NCBI RefSeq assembly: GCF_963676685.1
Contig: NC_092354.1
Location: forward strand, 17,980,001-18,044,000
Length of the DNA: 64,000 bases
DNA from: Mytilus edulis
Taxonomy: Eukaryota
Direction: 5' to 3'
Below the pieces are notes generated by a model. The model did no database searches, had not been told where the DNA came from, and was given only the letters and a program-made list of their open reading frames with translations. Position 1 is the stretch's first letter, and the number at the start of each line of letters is the position of its first letter. The position numbers and the translations under genes were made by a program. Shown here in pieces: positions 60,812-64,000 of the stretch.

Positions 60812-63800
60812 ATGCTGACGTGCGCGGCACTGTTTGTCTTATTTTTATCTGGAGGTTAGTATTAATTGGATAGAACTTATATACTTTATTCCAAAAGGTC
60901 CACAAGGTCAAGGAGCACGAGAATATAACATGATTTCACAATTTTAGATGATGAGGAACACCTTCATTGTCAATTTAACAGTATTATTTAAAAAGCCACT
61001 ATCCTAATTCAAACCATTTAGACTCAAACTCATCAACTTCGAACTATTTTAGATCCTAATAAAAAGATGTTTTTTTCTAGTGTTAAAAGGAGGTGTCGCC
61101 TCCCTTCCCCTTTTAGAGCTATACACGAGATCTCAAAAGACATGTTTAACCCTGCCACATTTTGCGCCTGTCCCAAGCCAGGAGCCTATGGCCTTTGTGA
61201 ATCTTGTATTATTTTTCATGTTAGTTCCTTGTGTATATTTCGGAGTTTAGTATGACGTCCATAATAACTGAACTAGTATATAATTTTGTTTATGAGCCAA
61301 CTGAAGCACGCCTTCGGGTTCGAGAGTTTCTCGCTGCATTGTAGACCCATAATGATTGGTGTCTGCTCTTTTGTCGGTTTTATTAACCCTTCTCTTTAAC
61401 ACATTCCCCATTTCCATTCTCAATTTTATTATTGCTAATACTGTCGATTTCTAAAAATTGCCATGTTGGTGGGATGTCCTTTTTGATAAATGTTGATCCG
61501 TCAAACAGAAAAGTGTGTGTATTTACTGTTTATACATGCTGATAGAAAACTAGGGTTAGATATGGAAGAATTTTTATTTCTAATAAAAAAAAATTACGTT
61601 GAGTCTATGGGAGGGATTTAGGGAGGTAGGGGTACAGTAAACACACACAAACTAAGTGTGGATTGGCCTTATGAAAATAGAAAAGTTATCTACAAGTCTA
61701 TTACTTTTTATGCCCCATGCATTGATCGGGGCATTATGTTTTCTGGTCTGCGCTATCGTTCGTTCGTATGTACCGCTTCAGATTTAGTTTTTGGTCGAGG
61801 TATTTTTTGATGAAGTTAAAGTCCAAACAATTTGTTCCCTATGATATGACTTTCTCATTTTAATGCAAAATTAGAGTTTTTACACCATTTTCACGGTCCA
61901 ATGAACATAAAAAAATAAAAGTGCGAGCGGAGCATCCGTGTACTATGGACACATACTTGTTTTGTAATCTTTCAAACATTTTAGTTTCAGCTCTTGGATG
62001 TGAGAGATTATGGGTACAATTTGAAAACTCTTGCTATTATTCAAATCAAATGCCAGAATCTCAACGGAGAGCCTTCCAACGAGTAAGATCTGCTAGTGCC
62101 GGCATGGTTGAAGATATCTTTTTTAAATGGCAACAAGCAAAGGTATGTTAACTGTAGACCTGTAGAAACAATAAATATCTGCTAAGGGGGATGAATTGTC
62201 CTTTCTGAGGGGTGTAAAATTTATACATCTACAATGTAAGGATCTTAGGGGATGAATTTTTTTTTTTTGGTCATCTTTCACGTACATTTATACACAAAAA
62301 CATTCGAAGGTCTTGCAGCAGTAAAATTAATGATTAATAATAATTGCCTGCAAACATTACAGGTTTTTTCAACAAGATTGAGCCAAGGTTACAGAAACTT
62401 CAAAAGACTAGAATATAAGGGATGTTTTCAGCTAGTTTGCAGAGATCTTAATATATTCTATTACTAGTAACAATTCTATATGTTTGCATGACTTAGAGCA
62501 TTGCCTATTGTAACTTCCATTTTAAGTTGGATATTATTTTTAGCTCACCTGGCCCGAAGGGCCAGGTGAGCTTTTCTCATCACTTGGCGTCCGGCGTCGT
62601 CGTCCGTCGTCCGTCGTCGTCAACTTTTAGAAAAATCTTCTCCTCTGAAACTACTGGGCCAAATGAAACCAAACTTGGCCACAATCATCATTGGGGTATC
62701 TAGTTTAAAAAATGTGTGGCGTGACCCGCCAAACCAAACAAGATGGCCGCCATGGCTAAAAATAGAACATAGGGGTAAAATGCAGTTTTTGGCTTATAAC
62801 TCAAAAACCAAAGCATTTAGAGCAAATCTGACAGGGTAAAATTGTTAATCAGGTCAAGATCTATCTGCCCTGAAATTTTCAGATGAATCAGACACCCGGT
62901 TGTTGGGTTGCTGCCCCTGAATTGGTAATTTTAGGGAAATTTTGCTGTTTTTGGTTATTATCTTGAATATTATTATAGATAGAGATAAACTGTAAACAGC
63001 AATAATGTTCAGCAAAGTAAGATTTACAAATAAGTCAACAGGACCAAAATGGTCAGTTGGCCCCTTTAGAAGTTATTGCCATTTAAAGTCAATTTTTAAC
63101 CATTTTTCGTAAATTTTATATATCTTTTACAAAAATCTTCTCCTCTAAAACTGCTGGGCCAAATGAATCCAAACTTGGCCACAATCATCATTGGGGTATC
63201 TAGTTTAAAAAATGTGTGGCGTGACCTGCCAAACCAACCAAGATGGCCGCAATGGCTAAAAATAGAACATAGGGGTAAAACGCAGTTTTTGGCTTATAAC
63301 TCAAAAACCAAAGCATTTAGAGCAAATCTGACAATGGGTTGAATTGTTCATCAGGTCATGTTCTATCTGCCCTGAAATTTTCAGTTGAATCAGAGAACCC
63401 GTTGTTGGGTTGCTGTCCCTGAATTGGTAATTTTAAGAAAATTTTGCTGTTTTTGGTTATTATCTTGAATATTATTATAGATAGAGTTAAACTGTAAACA
63501 GCAAAAATGTTCAGCAAAGTAAGATTTACAAATTAGTCAACATGACCAAAATGGTCAATTGACCCCCTAAGGAGTTATTGTCCTTTATAGTCAATTTTTA
63601 ACAATTTTCATAAAATTTGTAAAATTTTACTACCGGTTACATTTTCCACAGAAACTACTGGTTTAAGTTCATTATAGATAGTGATAATTGTAAGCAGCAA
63701 AAATGTTCAGTAAAGTAAGATGTACAAACATATCACCAAAACACAATTTTGTCATGAATCCATCTGCTTCCTTTGTTTAATATTCACATAGACCAAGGTG

Positions 63801-64000
63801 AGCGACACAGGCTCTTTAGAGCCTCTAGTTTTAGTTTTCTTTTCTTTTTTTTTCAAAGATAATTATTCTTTGTTAGTAACAATTTCCTCCATTACATTAT
63901 GCTATAAACTTATAATTTTTTAAGATCAGCACCAAACTAATAGAATTCAACAAAATTTTATTTTCAGTTAGCATGCGAAAGGAAAGGAGCATACCTTGCA
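60812..64000 (+). CDS. Secreted C-type lectin (perlucin-like), 3'-incomplete
   Basis: Exons 60812-60854 (MLTCAALFVLFLSG), 61991-62142 (ALGCERLWVQFENSCYY...KWQQAK) and 63968-64000 (LACERKGAYLA); phases 1 and 0 match; C..W..F..SCY..W..A...C...GA.LA is the CTLD N-terminal signature. Confidence 0.85.
61705..61961 (+). mobile_element. HINE-type element
   Basis: 5' hairpin atgcccc..ggggcat, cgtt microsatellite, 3' end gcatccgtgtactatggacacat.cttgtt. Confidence 0.7.
62538..63830 (+). mobile_element. Well-preserved HINE/Helentron-type element with 500-bp internal tandem units, in a lectin intron
   Basis: Subterminal inverted gctcacct/aggtgagc, cgtc microsatellite, units starting at 62631 and 63131, 3' hairpin aggctctttagagcct, T-rich insertion site. 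Confidence 0.9.

Overview
AT-rich, repeat-dense eukaryotic DNA. The repeat families and gene types point to a bivalve, probably Mytilus; this is an inference. Most short ORFs in the supplied track are noise, and the real genes are spliced. Three plus-strand genes were rebuilt by hand from GT-AG boundaries and codon phase. (1) The 3' part of an EGF-like (MEGF10/SCARF-type) single-pass receptor whose Tyr-motif tail carries an internal duplication (450-6331). (2) A type I membrane protein of about 1,070-1,100 aa and at least 19 coding exons (12331 to about 39724). It joins a TNFR-like Cys-rich ectodomain to two DZIP3-type HEPN-like domains, both with Gln at the expected His of the R-x4-H motif, separated by a duplicated Cys/His-rich module. 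(3) The 5' part of a secreted C-type lectin (60812 to window end). Between genes 2 and 3 is a four-level transposon nest. An 11.2-kb element with 508-bp TIRs starting with the RSS heptamer CACAGTG and a 5-bp TSD (Transib/RAG-like ends) contains a young 7.9-kb BEL/Pao LTR retrotransposon. Also present: a Penelope-like RT relic, hammerhead-ribozyme repeats, Helentron-type (HINE) elements with internal tandem arrays, MITEs, SINE-like repeats, and many TACATGTA footprints, two of which fall in coding sequence. All domain calls come from motif recognition by eye; no searches were run.
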